Notes: generated from the letters alone by a model not told the origin. Shown: positions 24,712 to 36,666, counted from the first letter of the stretch. The stretch is 40,203 nucleotides of DNA from Bigelowiella natans CCMP2755 (GCA_000320545.1 ADNK01001518.1:1-40203), one strand, 5' to 3'. Program-made: numbers and translations.

Positions 24712-27700
24712 ATGGCTCAACAGCGGCTTTCTCCTATCGGCTACAAGGAGATCATAAAGGTTAACTTTCGTAAAAGCGAATAGGACTAGTTGCAAGACGA
24801 GAAGGATTTCGAATGAGAGATATTAGCAATAAATGGTGATGTCACCAGCATTCCAAATTCATTTTTCTAATCGGTGTTTGTATGCAGCTCCCTTCGATGG
24901 CTATATCTCAGGGCAGCATTAGCTTCAAGAATGTTACCCTGCAGTCTGAGAAATACATCGTTGTCAAAGAGGATGATAAAAAAAAGATTGCTATAGTCAC
25001 AGCTGCAGCCAAAAGGATTAAAAGATTAAATAATGCTGGAAACCCTCCTATCGATCAAGCAATCATGAACCCAAACGCAGAGGTTGTTGCTCTGAGAAGT
25101 GGTAAGTCTTATGGATTATTCAGTTGCATCGGACAATAGTGATAACCAATGTGTTTTCAGCAAACGGGCAAGGGGGTACCAGCTTAAATATTTTCTCTCT
25201 TCAAATGAAAGCAAACATGAAGTCTGCAACCCTGCAAGACCGTGTCGATTATTGGAAATGGATCGATGAGAAGACTATCGCGATTGTGACTCCAACCCGC
25301 GTCTACCATTTAGGAATTGAAGGTGATACTAGAGAGTTAAGCCGCTCTCTTCGCTTATTAATTTCCTAATGTATAAATCAAGCTTAAAAATTTCTTAATG
25401 TGTAGGCCAAGCTCAACCAACTCTAAAGTTTGAAAGGAGTGCTGAAAAGCCTGAGTCCCATTGGTCTGGTCCCGTCCAAGTAATTAATTACCACCAGTCG
25501 CAGGATAAGCAGTGGCTGATTCTCGGTGGCCTCGCAAAAGGAAAGCAAGGGGGGATTGCAGGAGTTCTTCAAGTTCATTCCTGCAAAATGAACGCTTCGC
25601 AGCCAACCATGCCTTCGCATGCTGCTTGCTTCGCGCAAATAACTCTCGATGGACGTTCCGCACCGAGCAATCTCATTTGCTTCACCACCAACGGACCAGT
25701 CCTGCAGATCCTGGAGCTGGACCCTCCTTCAAAGGATGTGGCGTTCAAGAAAAAGGTCCCTCTTCAGTTCAAGCAGGCAGATGATTTCCCTGTGTCCATT
25801 CACAGCGACGATAAAAACGGAACTCTTTTCATCCTGACGCACAAGGGACTCCTCATTGCGGTCGAAATTACTACCGCTAAGGTCTTTTTCGCAAATCAAA
25901 CCAGCAAGATGATTGCTAGCTGCGTCAACAAATACCAAGAAGATGGCGGTATCGTAACAGTCGATGGAACCGGACGTGTTGGTCAATTCTTCTTGGAAAA
26001 GAAGAACGTAGTGAAATTCATTTGCGAAACTCTGAATGATTTGCAGACTGGGCTCAAGATGGCAACCCGTTACAACCTTCCTGGAGCTGACCAATATATT
26101 GAGAAGCAATTCAACGTTCTAATGAACAGCCAGCGCTATGAAGAGGCCATGAAGATGACCGCGCGCTCCCCTCAGGGTGCCCTAAGGACGGTGCAGACCA
26201 TGCGGTCGTTCAAGCAACTTCCCCCTATTAACGGGCAGCCGGCGCTCCTTTTCTATTTCAACCTTCTTCTCAACACTGAAGGAGCTACACTCAACACTGT
26301 TGAGTCGATTGAACTTGCGAGACCTATCCTTCAGTCCGGTAAACCTCAGGGATTGGCACATATCCGAGATTGGTTGCTCAAGAAAAAGCTAACTTGCTCC
26401 GAAGAACTCGGGGATGCGCTCAAAAGCACGGACCTCAAGCTTGCACTCCAGGTGTATTCTTCGGCGAAGGTACCAGAAAAGGTGATCGCTTGTTTCTTGG
26501 CGCTCTCGGCTAAGGAGGTGGATGACAACAAAGCCAACAAGATATATACTGAGATCATCAAGTATGCAAAGAACTGTAACTACACCCCCGACTACTGCAC
26601 CCTTGTGGGACAGCTTCATCGTGTTAATCCTGCTCGAGCCAAGGACTTCGCTCTGGTTCTCATCAACCAAGAAGAGGAAAGTGGGACAGCCCTTGTTAAT
26701 GTCGGTCAGCTTGCTGATACCTTCATGTTCGCGCAGCCTCCTGACGTGAAGTCTACAACCAATATTCTCCTCGAGTACTTGCGCTCTCGTGGTGACAGGG
26801 AGGAAGACGCTGCTTTGCAGACTCGCGTGCTACAAATCAACCTCATCCACAACAGCCCTCGTGTTGCTGATGCCATCCTTGATAGCTCTGACTACAACTT
26901 CTCACATTTCGATAAAATAAAAATCGCTATGAACTGCGAAAATGTTGGGCTTTTTGATCGCGCGCTTGAGTTCTACAGTGACATGAAGGACTACAAGAGA
27001 GTTCTTGGCCATGCGCCAAACATGAAGATTGAGCACCTTCAAAGTTTCTTTGGTAAGCTCTCCCCTGAGGAAGGCATTGAGTGCCTCACCACTCTCCTTA
27101 AGAATGGTGTTCGTTCCAACCTCAGAACTGTGGTTGAAATAGCCAAGAAGTGGTCGGAGCAGTTCACCCCAAAAGCGCTGATCGAGATGTTTGAAGAATT
27201 TAACTGTTACGAAGGAATTTACTGGTACACCGTCTCCTTCGTGTCTGAGTGCAAGGAATCTGACCTCGTGTTCAAGTGTATCGAAGCCGGTGTCAAGTGC
27301 TTGCCCGACACCAATAAGTTCTTGATTAAACTCTGCCGTTACCATGAGCATTTCGACCCGAAGCAGGTGAAAGACTTTCTCCTCGACGCCGACTTGAAGA
27401 AGGATCCTCGGCCCTTGATTTACGTCTGCGATCGATTCGGTTACGTGGACGAGTTGATTGAGTACTTGTGGAAGAATAAGAAGGACATCATCCAAGCCTA
27501 CGTTCAGCGCATGAACTTCAAGTCTACTCCTATGGTTGTTGGTAGCTTGCTGCACCTCAATGCTCCTGAGGAATTTATCATGAACTTGCTCGATGGCATG
27601 CGCCCTCCCACGGATGATCCCGAGTTCGTAGCTAAACTTGTTGAAGAATGCGAAAAGGTCAACCGCATTGTCATTCTCCAGCCATGGCTCGAGGTTCAAA

Positions 27701-30396
27701 AGAAGGATGAGAGCAAAGACCCTGAGGTATATAACGGGCTTGCCAAGATCTACGTGGATAACGGCACCGGCAAGACCGCTGAAAAGTTCCTTTTAGAAAA
27801 CAATCTGTACAACCCTGCTGTAGTCGGTAAATTCTGTGAGAGCCGTGACCCAATGCTGGCTGTTGTCGCGTACAAGAAGGCTGAGGGTGAATGCGACGAC
27901 CAGCTCATTGAGGTCACTAACAAGAACGGTTTCTTCAAGGACCAAGCCAAGTACCTTGTCGTGAGAGAAAACGTCGATCTGTGGGCTAAGGTGCTTACCG
28001 AGGAGAACAAGTTCCGACGCGAGTTGATTGATCAGGTTGTCGCAACCGCGCTCCCCACTGCAGAGACCGCGCAGCAAGTCTCCGTCACCGTGAAAGCTTT
28101 CATGAGTGCTGATCTCCCCAACGAGCTTATCGAGCTTCTGGAGCGCCTCATTCTGCACGATACCGGTGTTGGAAGAGAGCAATTTAGGAATAACAAGAAC
28201 CTTCAGAACTTACTTATCCTCACGGCCATCAAGGCTGACAAAGCCCGTGTCATGGACTATGTCAACCGCCTTGACAACTACGAAGGGCCACAGATCGCTA
28301 AGATCGCTTCCCACCCTGAGCATAAGCTTTATGACGAAGCTTTCTTCATCTACAAGAAATTCGGCATGGGCGTTGAGGCGATCCAAGTGCTGCTTCAATG
28401 CAAGGAAGACATTGAAAAGGCGACAGACTTCGCGCAGACCTGGGATAAGCCAGACGTGTGGGTCATTCTCGGTAAGGCCCAGCTTGACGCACAGATGACC
28501 AAAGACGCAATCGGCTCCTTCCTCAAGGCCGAGGATCCTAAGTATTTCGAAGAAGTCATCTTTGCTTCAAAGACTGGAGAATTGTTTGGAGACCTCATCA
28601 AATTTCTCATCATGGCTCGCGCAAATCTCAAGAATCCGATGCTTGACAACGAACTTATCTATGCGTACGCTAAGACCGAAGAGCTTGGAGAGCTTGAGGA
28701 CTTCCTCAACAGCAAGAACAATGCCAAGTATCCTGAAATTGGGGAAAGGCTATTCAACGAGAAACTGTATCTGGCTGCCAAAATTATCTACAAGTTCATC
28801 AAAGATAACTCCAAACTCGCGCTTTGCTACGTGCACCTGAATGAATTCCAGAACGCTGTTGAGGCTGCGAACGATGCTGGCAAGATTCCCGTTTGGAAGG
28901 AAGTCTGCTTCGCTTGCGTCGGCTCTGAGGAATTCAAGCTGGCTCAACGTTGCGCGATGCATATCATCGTGTACACGAACCATCTGATGGAACTTGTAAT
29001 GCACTATGAATATCTTGGTCACTTTGAGCAGCTGATCGAGGTTCTTGAGGCTGGCATTAGCTTACAGCGCACACACCAAGGCATCTTCACACAGCTTGGT
29101 ATCTGCTACTGCAAGTACAAGGAAGAGAAACTCATGCAGCACATTAAGGACTACTGGAGCCGCCTCAACATCCCTAAGTTGCTTCAAGCCTGCCGTCAGC
29201 ACCAGAAGTGGCTGGAGGTCGTTCACCTGTACGCTTACTACAGTCAGCACGACAACGCGATCGATACCCTCATGGATCATGCGGCCGAATGCTGGTCCCA
29301 CGAGCTCTTTAAGAAGACCGTCCACCAGGTTTCCAACTCCGAGATGTACTACAAGGCCATCGAATTTTACTTGGAGGAGAAGCCATTGCTCGTCAATGAT
29401 CTCTGCGCGGATCTCACACCCAAGCTTGACCATGCGCGAGTGGTGACCCTGGTGAGGCGAAAAGGACATGTTCCTCTGATCAAGGGGTATCTCTTGAGCG
29501 TGCAGTCGGAGAACAATAACATCCTTAACGAGGCTATCAACAACCTATTTTTCGAGGAGGAGGACCATAAAAACCTGCTCAAGAGCGTCGATACCTATCC
29601 CAACTTCGATCAAGCTGCTCTTGCCTCCGTACTCAAGAAGCATGAACTTCTTGAGTTCCGCCGCATCGCTGCTCACATCTACAAGATGAACAAGCGGTTT
29701 GAGGAGTCCATCGAGCTCTCCAAGAAGGATAATATGTGGGATGACGCCATGAAGACTGCTGAAGTGTCCGCAGACTCGGCTCTTGCTGAAAGCTTACTCT
29801 ACTTCTTCGTCGAGAGGAAGGAATATGAATGCTTCTCCGCATGCTTGTACACCTGCTACGAGCTCATCAAGCCAGATGTTGTCCTCGAGCTTGCATGGAG
29901 GAACAACCTGGTAGATTTTGTCATGCCTTATATGGTACAGACATTCGCTGACTACAGCACAAAGATGTCCACTCTCTTCGCGAAAGTGGCTAAGCTAGAA
30001 GAGAAACTGGATGATGGCGAGAAGAAGGATGGAGCAGAGGAGGAGAACACGGGCGCTATTCTACAAACACGTAAGAAATCCTAGTATATACTCCTCACTT
30101 GCTATCTTTGATAAATGTCTATTTTTGTTGATTTATTAATATGATGATAATGATGATGATGATGATGATGATACTACTCAGCTTTATTGATAACGGCTGG
30201 ACCTGGTATGATGGGCGGCGGTATGCCGCAAGGACCTGGTATGATGGGTGGTCCAATGGGGGGACAGCCCCCGGTCGGGCCTGGTATGATGGGAGGACCT
30301 CCGATGGGGATGGGAGGACCACCGCCCATGGGGCCTGGCGGGCCAATGATGGGAGGAGGAGCCATGCCCCCACCACGTAATAATTTCAACGCATAA
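24712..30396 (+). CDS. CLTC: Clathrin heavy chain, 5 exons, ~1767 aa
   Basis: Exons 24712-24759, 24888-25101, 25161-25322, 25406-30070 and 30182-30396 total 5304 nt, in frame. Motifs MAQ..ISFKNVTLQSEKYIVVKE, SPQGALRT, KLTCSEELGD, DPRPLIYVCDRFGYV, VGKFCESRDP, ADLPNELIELLERLIL, NLQNLLILTAIKAD, KHELLEFRRIAA, PDVVLELAWR; C-terminal LLITAGP plus Gly/Pro/Met tail. Confidence 0.98.
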
Positions 30397-30716
30397 GAAA
30401 AATTTCTACTCACCGAACACACCGAGCCCACCTGTACGAGAACGCTTTCGGCAGAGAAGAGAGCGAGAGCATTTTTGTTTTGTTTCTTCCTCACTTCCTG
30501 AAAGTCTTTGTTTTTGTCAGAGGGATCGCCATTCTTTCCGCAAAATTAAGACGCTTTTCACGTAAGATTCTAAGGTACTGCTTTGCATCGTACTATTTTG
30601 CGGCTGAAAGATCAGGGCAGCACCATGCAAAACACATGTCATCAAAAACTGATGCACAAAGTTCAGCTCTGCATTCAGCAATGCTACAAATACTTGTTCA
30701 GTTCTGCGCCATTGCC

Positions 30717-30763
<47 letters not shown>

Positions 30764-32549
30764 AAGATGGTGGGTGACGCACATGCAAGCTGTGTGTTGA
30801 ATCAGCACGTTCCCGCGGACCGCTGCCCCGCAATGAGCGTAGCATGTAGGCGGAATCATTGCATGCGCAGACGTTAACGTTGTTGTTCCGGGAGCACATG
30901 AAATGCACACAAATGGCACGCACCACGCGTGAGCAGCATGCGCATGCACATAAACAAGAAAACTAGAGCTGAGGGGAAGAACAGCGCGGCGGATTAGAGC
31001 AGATCAGATTGAATTATATTGCTGTGCGTCTACATTAGGATGGCCATTGAAACAATTTAAACATTTCATTACATCCGTCTCATATTGCTGTGCGTCATGC
31101 AATAGCATCTAGAACATCGATGCATTCGCGCGCGCTGCGGAAATTTGGATGTGATCATATATAGTGGCGGTGCGCAGGCTTACATATTAGCGTTGAAACC
31201 AAATAAGCTTGAACACGACGGTCCAGTTCGATTCGTGTCACATTTGCGTTAATAGCTAGCACGGCACTGACTTGACGAGGCACACAATTCTAGCATTGTG
31301 GCTCAATCTCCCCTACATATGCAGATGCATGATTGCATATAGCAGCTATATAGCATATATAATAGTATACAGCCGTGGCAGCAGCTGCCGATGCAGCACG
31401 CGTACGCCACGGTGGAGAACAAGATATGTCAGCTATAGCTACATGCATGCATGCGATGCAATAATGTAATTGTCAATGTGTACACAAATGCGACATATTG
31501 TGAAGATTGAAGACTGGCGGACATGCACATATATGTGTTGTACGTATATGCTGTTTACGTGCTCATTGAACAAAATCTGCATTGCACAACTGCCCAACGC
31601 GAGCGTGGTTGGCATTTTCACTGGGATTGATGTGCGCTAGTGCGGCGGCGGCGGCCAAGATAGCTAGGGAGTTGTTGTAAATGTGTTACGTAGTCCATCT
31701 CCGCAGCGTTATGGTGTATGGAGCGCAGATTTGTCCGGGCTCGCACTGCAGGCAGAGCACGCTTGCCGCGCACATGCGTTGGGATCAATAGGCTATTTTT
31801 GTATCTGATGCCGGATAGTATGATGCGTGTATACTGTAATAGGTAATAGGAGTCATAGTGACAAACTCAGAGCTAATAAAAAAAGTAAAGCTGTGCTAGC
31901 TTTTAGACTCTCTCTCTCTCTTTCTCTCATATTGTATCTGTATGCGACTAGGAATATCTGTATCTCAGTGTCTAAATTTGTATCCCCCACCCTCCCAAAT
32001 CTGCAAACAAGGTGATGAAATAACAAAACAAAGGAATGAAAAAAAGGTAACGACGCTCCTAGATACGGAGATCTTCTTCACTTATATTCAGGATTGACAC
32101 GTTATTCTGTCCGTACTCTGCAAATCTTTTATTACTTTCGCGGCTTGAGTGGTGCCTTTGCTACGACAATGCTTACGTCTTGCTGGGCTTACTCGGCGGA
32201 TATCTGACTTTCCCAGCAATAAGCCATGCAACGGGAATTGTTAATTGTATTGTAATGGTGCCAATGCTCAGAATGGTCGCGTTTGAAGGTCCATTTGTCA
32301 ACCTCCGCGGGCTAGATTGAGAGAGAATATGAAACAAGGACTTGAATCAATATGTGTATTTCTTCGGGATCGGGAACTCTGTTAATGGAATGACACCGGC
32401 ATGAAGTTAATCTTCATAGTCTTTAGGTAGAAGTGCTTCAGGAATATCTGTAGTCTGATTCGGAGTTGGAGGTGGCGGCAAAGAGTGTAAAGCACGAGAA
32501 GCGTTGATTGGACCAGAGTATGGAACGAAATGTCCCTCGAGTTCTTTAC

Positions 32550-33014
32550 CTATTCGACCTTTGTGGAGCCTTGAACCTTCTCGCCCGTGACGAAGTCTAC
32601 GAAGGGTTCTGCCATGCTCGACTCGGTAGTGTTGTAGTCAAAGCAAATCTCTTCCCCAGGATGAATCTCCCTGCAAGCCACCATCGAAACCACTAGCTCG
32701 TCTTCATGGTCAAACTCAACGGTCACGTTGGGTTTGAAGCTGTGATTGGTATACTTAATAGGACCGGTGAACAAGAGGTGCTTAGACTCATCACGTTGGA
32801 TTGTGTACTTGGTGGGCTCTTTGAAAACCTTGGCCGCCCTTTCGCGAATCATGACTGTTCCTTTCTCAGCGTACTCCGTAGAGCACAGTGCCGCCTGGCC
32901 AGTTTTTTTGTCATCGATCACCTCGACCATGGTGCTGAAGGAGCGCATGGCTGGCAGCCGGGTGATGGCAGCCAGACGGTGGGAAGAGAGGAGGGTCTTT
33001 CGAAGCACGAACAT
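32550..33014 (-). CDS. Small intronless SET-domain protein (putative lysine methyltransferase) with mitochondrial-type presequence
   Basis: 154-aa ORF with YTNHSFKPN and ACREIHPGEEICFDYNTTE (SET NHS and GEE-x-x-x-DY motifs). N-terminus MFVLRKTLLSSHRLAAITRLPAMRSF|S is Arg-rich, has no acidic residue and carries an R-3 cleavage motif. Confidence 0.85.
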   Translation of the reverse strand: MFVLRKTLLSSHRLAAITRLPAMRSFSTMVEVIDDKKTGQAALCSTEYAEKGTVMIRERAAKVFKEPTKYTIQRDESKHLLFTGPIKYTNHSFKPNVTVEFDHEDELVVSMVACREIHPGEEICFDYNTTESSMAEPFVDFVTGEKVQGSTKVE

Positions 33015-33107
33015 GAGTAAAGGGGTAAGAAGTGTTTCACAGCCAGGATTTTGATTTGTGTACTCGCTAGACTAGGGGCAGGGAGGCAGGGATGATTCAT
33101 CTCAGTC

Positions 33108-33150
33108 CACGTGATCATGCACCAGCCGTGGTCTTTTGCTCACGTGACTC
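33108..33150. promoter_or_regulatory. Two CACGTG (E-box/G-box) sites ~95 and ~130 nt upstream of the SET gene
   Basis: CACGTG at 33108-33113 and 33141-33146, both followed by A. CACGTGACTC also occurs at 14183 upstream of the NZF gene. Confidence 0.4.
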
Positions 33151-33303
33151 CGCAAAATGCTCTAAAAATGAAGCGCATGTTGTTTTTCCGATGAAATCAT
33201 CTGAAATCCCACCAGTCAGTGCCGGTATACCGAATCCGTTATTTGTGACATTGCGTTTCGTGATGCGAAATCACGAAACCACCGGGAAAAGATCGAATTT
33301 CTA

Positions 33304-33981
33304 CAAACACAGGCAATTCCATGGTCTTCGGACACATTCGGACACTGAAACTCATCAGCGGTGCGCGCTGTGCGTTGTGGCACTCTAGCACTGTGCTGGT
33401 TGACGTTGCTGCGGGACTGTGACTCAGCATCTGTGAACACATCGGGCTTTTGTGACAACTTGCGTGTGCAATGTGCCCTCTGCTTGACATCTTGGTGTGA
33501 TCGCAAGCTGCTAGCTAGCTAGCTAGCTAGACCCTCACGTCTTGTGAGTCTTCACATCACAATGAGCAACCACTCTTGCAACGTTTTGGAAGTGCAGTTC
33601 ATCATCATTGCTCATTGTTCATTGGACCAGTGGATTGATGAGCTGCCTGAAAAAGGCAGGTCATTGCACCATGCTTGTGACCGATGCTCAGCTGATGCAT
33701 CAGCGGCGATGAGATCGCGATGTCACGAATCGAACAAACGCGTGGGGGAACACTTTTTCGCTTCATGTGTGCGCGCGCAGCTGCGGGAGTGCAATCGATG
33801 TGGATCGCACTCGCTCGTTGTGTCGCTAGTGCTGCAACTGCAACACACGATGGATCACACTTGTTCATCGCTGTCGCTAGCTGCATGCTAGCATGCCGCA
33901 GCGCAGCGCTGTGACTGCATCGAACACAACGCTTCTCATGACAATGAATGGAAACAAACAGACGACACAACGTGAGTGCTG
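33304..33981. other. TpA-depleted, CpA/TpG-rich intergenic island containing a (CTAG)5 tract; possibly a hypermutated repeat or transposon relic
   Basis: Manual count: 9 TA dinucleotides in ~680 nt, all inside CTAG, and none between 33531 and 33826. CpG remains abundant. Confidence 0.7.
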
Positions 33982-34225
33982 TAGCCGCTGCTTGTTCTAA
34001 TGTAATCGCTTCGTTGCATCCGTCTCATGACATGTGTTGCCAAAATAATTTGCCGCAATGCGAGCGAGGCACGTGTAATCGCAATCATTGAGCACACCAT
34101 GTAATGTACTCGTCTGCCGTTGCGAAGTGCGTGGTTCATTGCGGGTACGACAAATAGATTTTAAATTGCTGCTGATTTGCGATAATAATTTTCAGTTATC
34201 ATTATGCACAGGATCCGTCGGTCGA

Positions 34226-35410
34226 TCAAATCTTGTAATAGATGCCTTTATAATCGAGTCCAAATGCGACACACACCCAGAAAACAATTTTGATCCAGGT
34301 GTACAGCAAAATACCGCCACTGAAGCCAAGCCCATCCTGCAAGAGATTGACTCTAAACCAATGCACTAGATTGTTCTCTTTGGAACCAGTGTGCACCCAG
34401 CTAATGATGTCTGCTAAAACATCACATGCTGCGAACACGAAGATGAAGATTGCGTTGCGCCCTACCCAGAGCAGGGGGGAGACAAGCGCCAGGACAATTC
34501 CATGCACTCGATCACCCATGGAATTCTGAATCGAAGCAACATCCAACGATGCATAAAAGGTCATCAAGAAGAATGTAGCAACAGCGGCTGTGACCAACAT
34601 ATATGACGATGTGTATAGATTCTTGTTCAAGGGCATCCCTGCCCCGATGGCGACGACCCCTAGTACAACCATGGAAAGCATGCTCCCCATGAGGTGTGAT
34701 AGGATCTTCTCCGGAGGAGTATGATGATATCGATTAGCCTGCAGAATATGTCCGATTTGAAGTCCTAGAAACCCAGAGCATGCGCCGCATAAGGTCCCCT
34801 ACACAGCGCACAACGTATATTAAGCTTTCGGAATCATCATGAAAGAAAAATGTCAGTGTTTCGAAGGGGAGAATCCGAGCACAAACGCAAGCAACTGACC
34901 AGCATGCCTTCAGGATCAAACGGCTTCTCACACCATTGAGGAGCGTTTTCGATCGGGCATTCAGCCGGAGAACATGAAGAGCACTCCTTACTTCTAATAT
35001 AAGTCGGCTCCTTGTACATGTGGTTCAGGCCTGAGTCATTAACGTGGGATGTATTTACTATTCACGCATATACATATGGAGGAATGCAATACTAAGGTGG
35101 GTTCAGCAATGTTAGAGAAGTAACCAAATAGTTTTTCGTCTATGAGAGATGCCGAATTGCACTGGGGAGTAAAATATCCGCTGTCATAGAAATAAGCAAC
35201 GATTTAAGTGCCAAAACAAAAGCAAAAAGTTCGGTTCATCACATCAGCGTGTAGCAATACTTTATGAATGATGCACATACTAGCATTCAATTCTCCCTCT
35301 CTCTCTCTTTCTCTCTCTTTATATCTTTGTGTGTTCCAATGTACATTTGCGCTGTGTGTGTTGGTGTGTATTTGCGGGCATATGAGCATGATGGAAGACG
35401 GCAATCCTTA

Positions 35411-35454
<44 letters not shown>

Positions 35455-36666
35455 TATATATTCTAGTGTCTGCACGTTAGATTTATGTGTTAAAAAACAG
35501 AAGTGTTGCTTTCACCCTGAGCCACAGCCAGCTGGGCGTACACCAAACAGTAATCCGAGGTAGAGAGCGTTAAGTACGATGAACACGATCCATTGATATA
35601 GGTATGGGCTATGAATGAGGCGTATATCGGTGCAATAGCTGCAATATCCTCCTGCGTCTTCTGCGATCTTTTCACCCCCGTAGCCACGCTCTGCCTTTTC
35701 CTCTTGATCCAACATAAATTGAATGAATGAAACCGCAATATGTTCAAACATAGCATTGGTAAGATATGTTTTCCCTACTGACTAAAGAGGTGATACATCT
35801 CCTTCTAATATCCGTATTACTTACTGCTACGATTATTTTTACTTTCCTAACACCACAATCCCCACCGTCACCACCTGTTGGTATGTCTGCCATGCTTTGA
35901 GAGCCATCGTTGTTGGTGCGTCGTGGGACCCATAGTTCGATAAGAGCAACGATAAGAAAACATATGGCAATGCGTTGGAGAATCCCAGGTATTCGTATCT
36001 TCAAAAGATCGTAGTTATTAGGAAATCCACCGCCCTGCATGATCAGGCCGAGCAGGAACAGCTTGAAAGCACGCACGCACACTTTCCACGTCGTCCTCAG
36101 TTTAAGACGGGTATCGCCTGATTGGGCAGGTTTTCGGAGGGAGAGGGCGACGGACACACCAGAAATGTATAGAAAGAAAGGGAAAACGAAGTCCGCTAGG
36201 CGAATGCCGTTCCATGGCGAGTGATCCATCCAGTTATGGTATGCATCCCCAGCCTCATCCACCTTTTATGCAGCAACAAGAATTGAATTCGTATCGCCTC
36301 ACGTCAAATAACGCGCTTTTGAGAATGGGAGTAGGGAGCAATCTTATCTACCAGAATCATCCAAATGACGGTTAGTCCTCGGAACGCATCTAGAGATGCA
36401 AGCCTTCGCTTTACGACCCCGCTACGCTTGGTAATTGGAGTCTCAACCGGCGTTGAAACTTTTGCCTCCTCAACTAAGTTGAAGAATTGTCGATGACTGT
36501 TCAGGCTCGCATTCTCGCACATCATTAAAAAGTTCTTAAGGATAAAATATCTTCAATAAGTTGCGTAAAGTCATCACTGGTTGAAGAGGACAATACTTTT
36601 CGATTCTTTAGATCTACGGATTTTGGAAGAAGACGCCTCCGGTTGCAGGAGAGGTTGCCCGCTCAT
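34226..36666 (-). CDS. HGSNAT: Heparan-alpha-glucosaminide N-acetyltransferase-like (HGSNAT/TMEM76 family) membrane protein, multi-exon
   Basis: RRLASLDAFRGLTVIWMIL/VDEAG..DHSPWNGIRLADFVFPFFLYISGVSVALS, IRIPGILQRIAICF, CEKPFDPEGML, MPLNKNLYTSSYMLVTAAVA, WVGRNAIFIFV. Candidate exon 1 is 36666-36597 (MSGQPLLQPE..) with a phase-1 join to 36473; exon 2 donor at 36351, exon 3 from 36262; stop at 34226. Confidence 0.92.

Noticed and set aside
25729-29842. Long antisense ORFs (up to 265 aa) opposite clathrin
   Set aside because: Shadow frames expected from the biased codon usage of the sense gene; no independent motifs.
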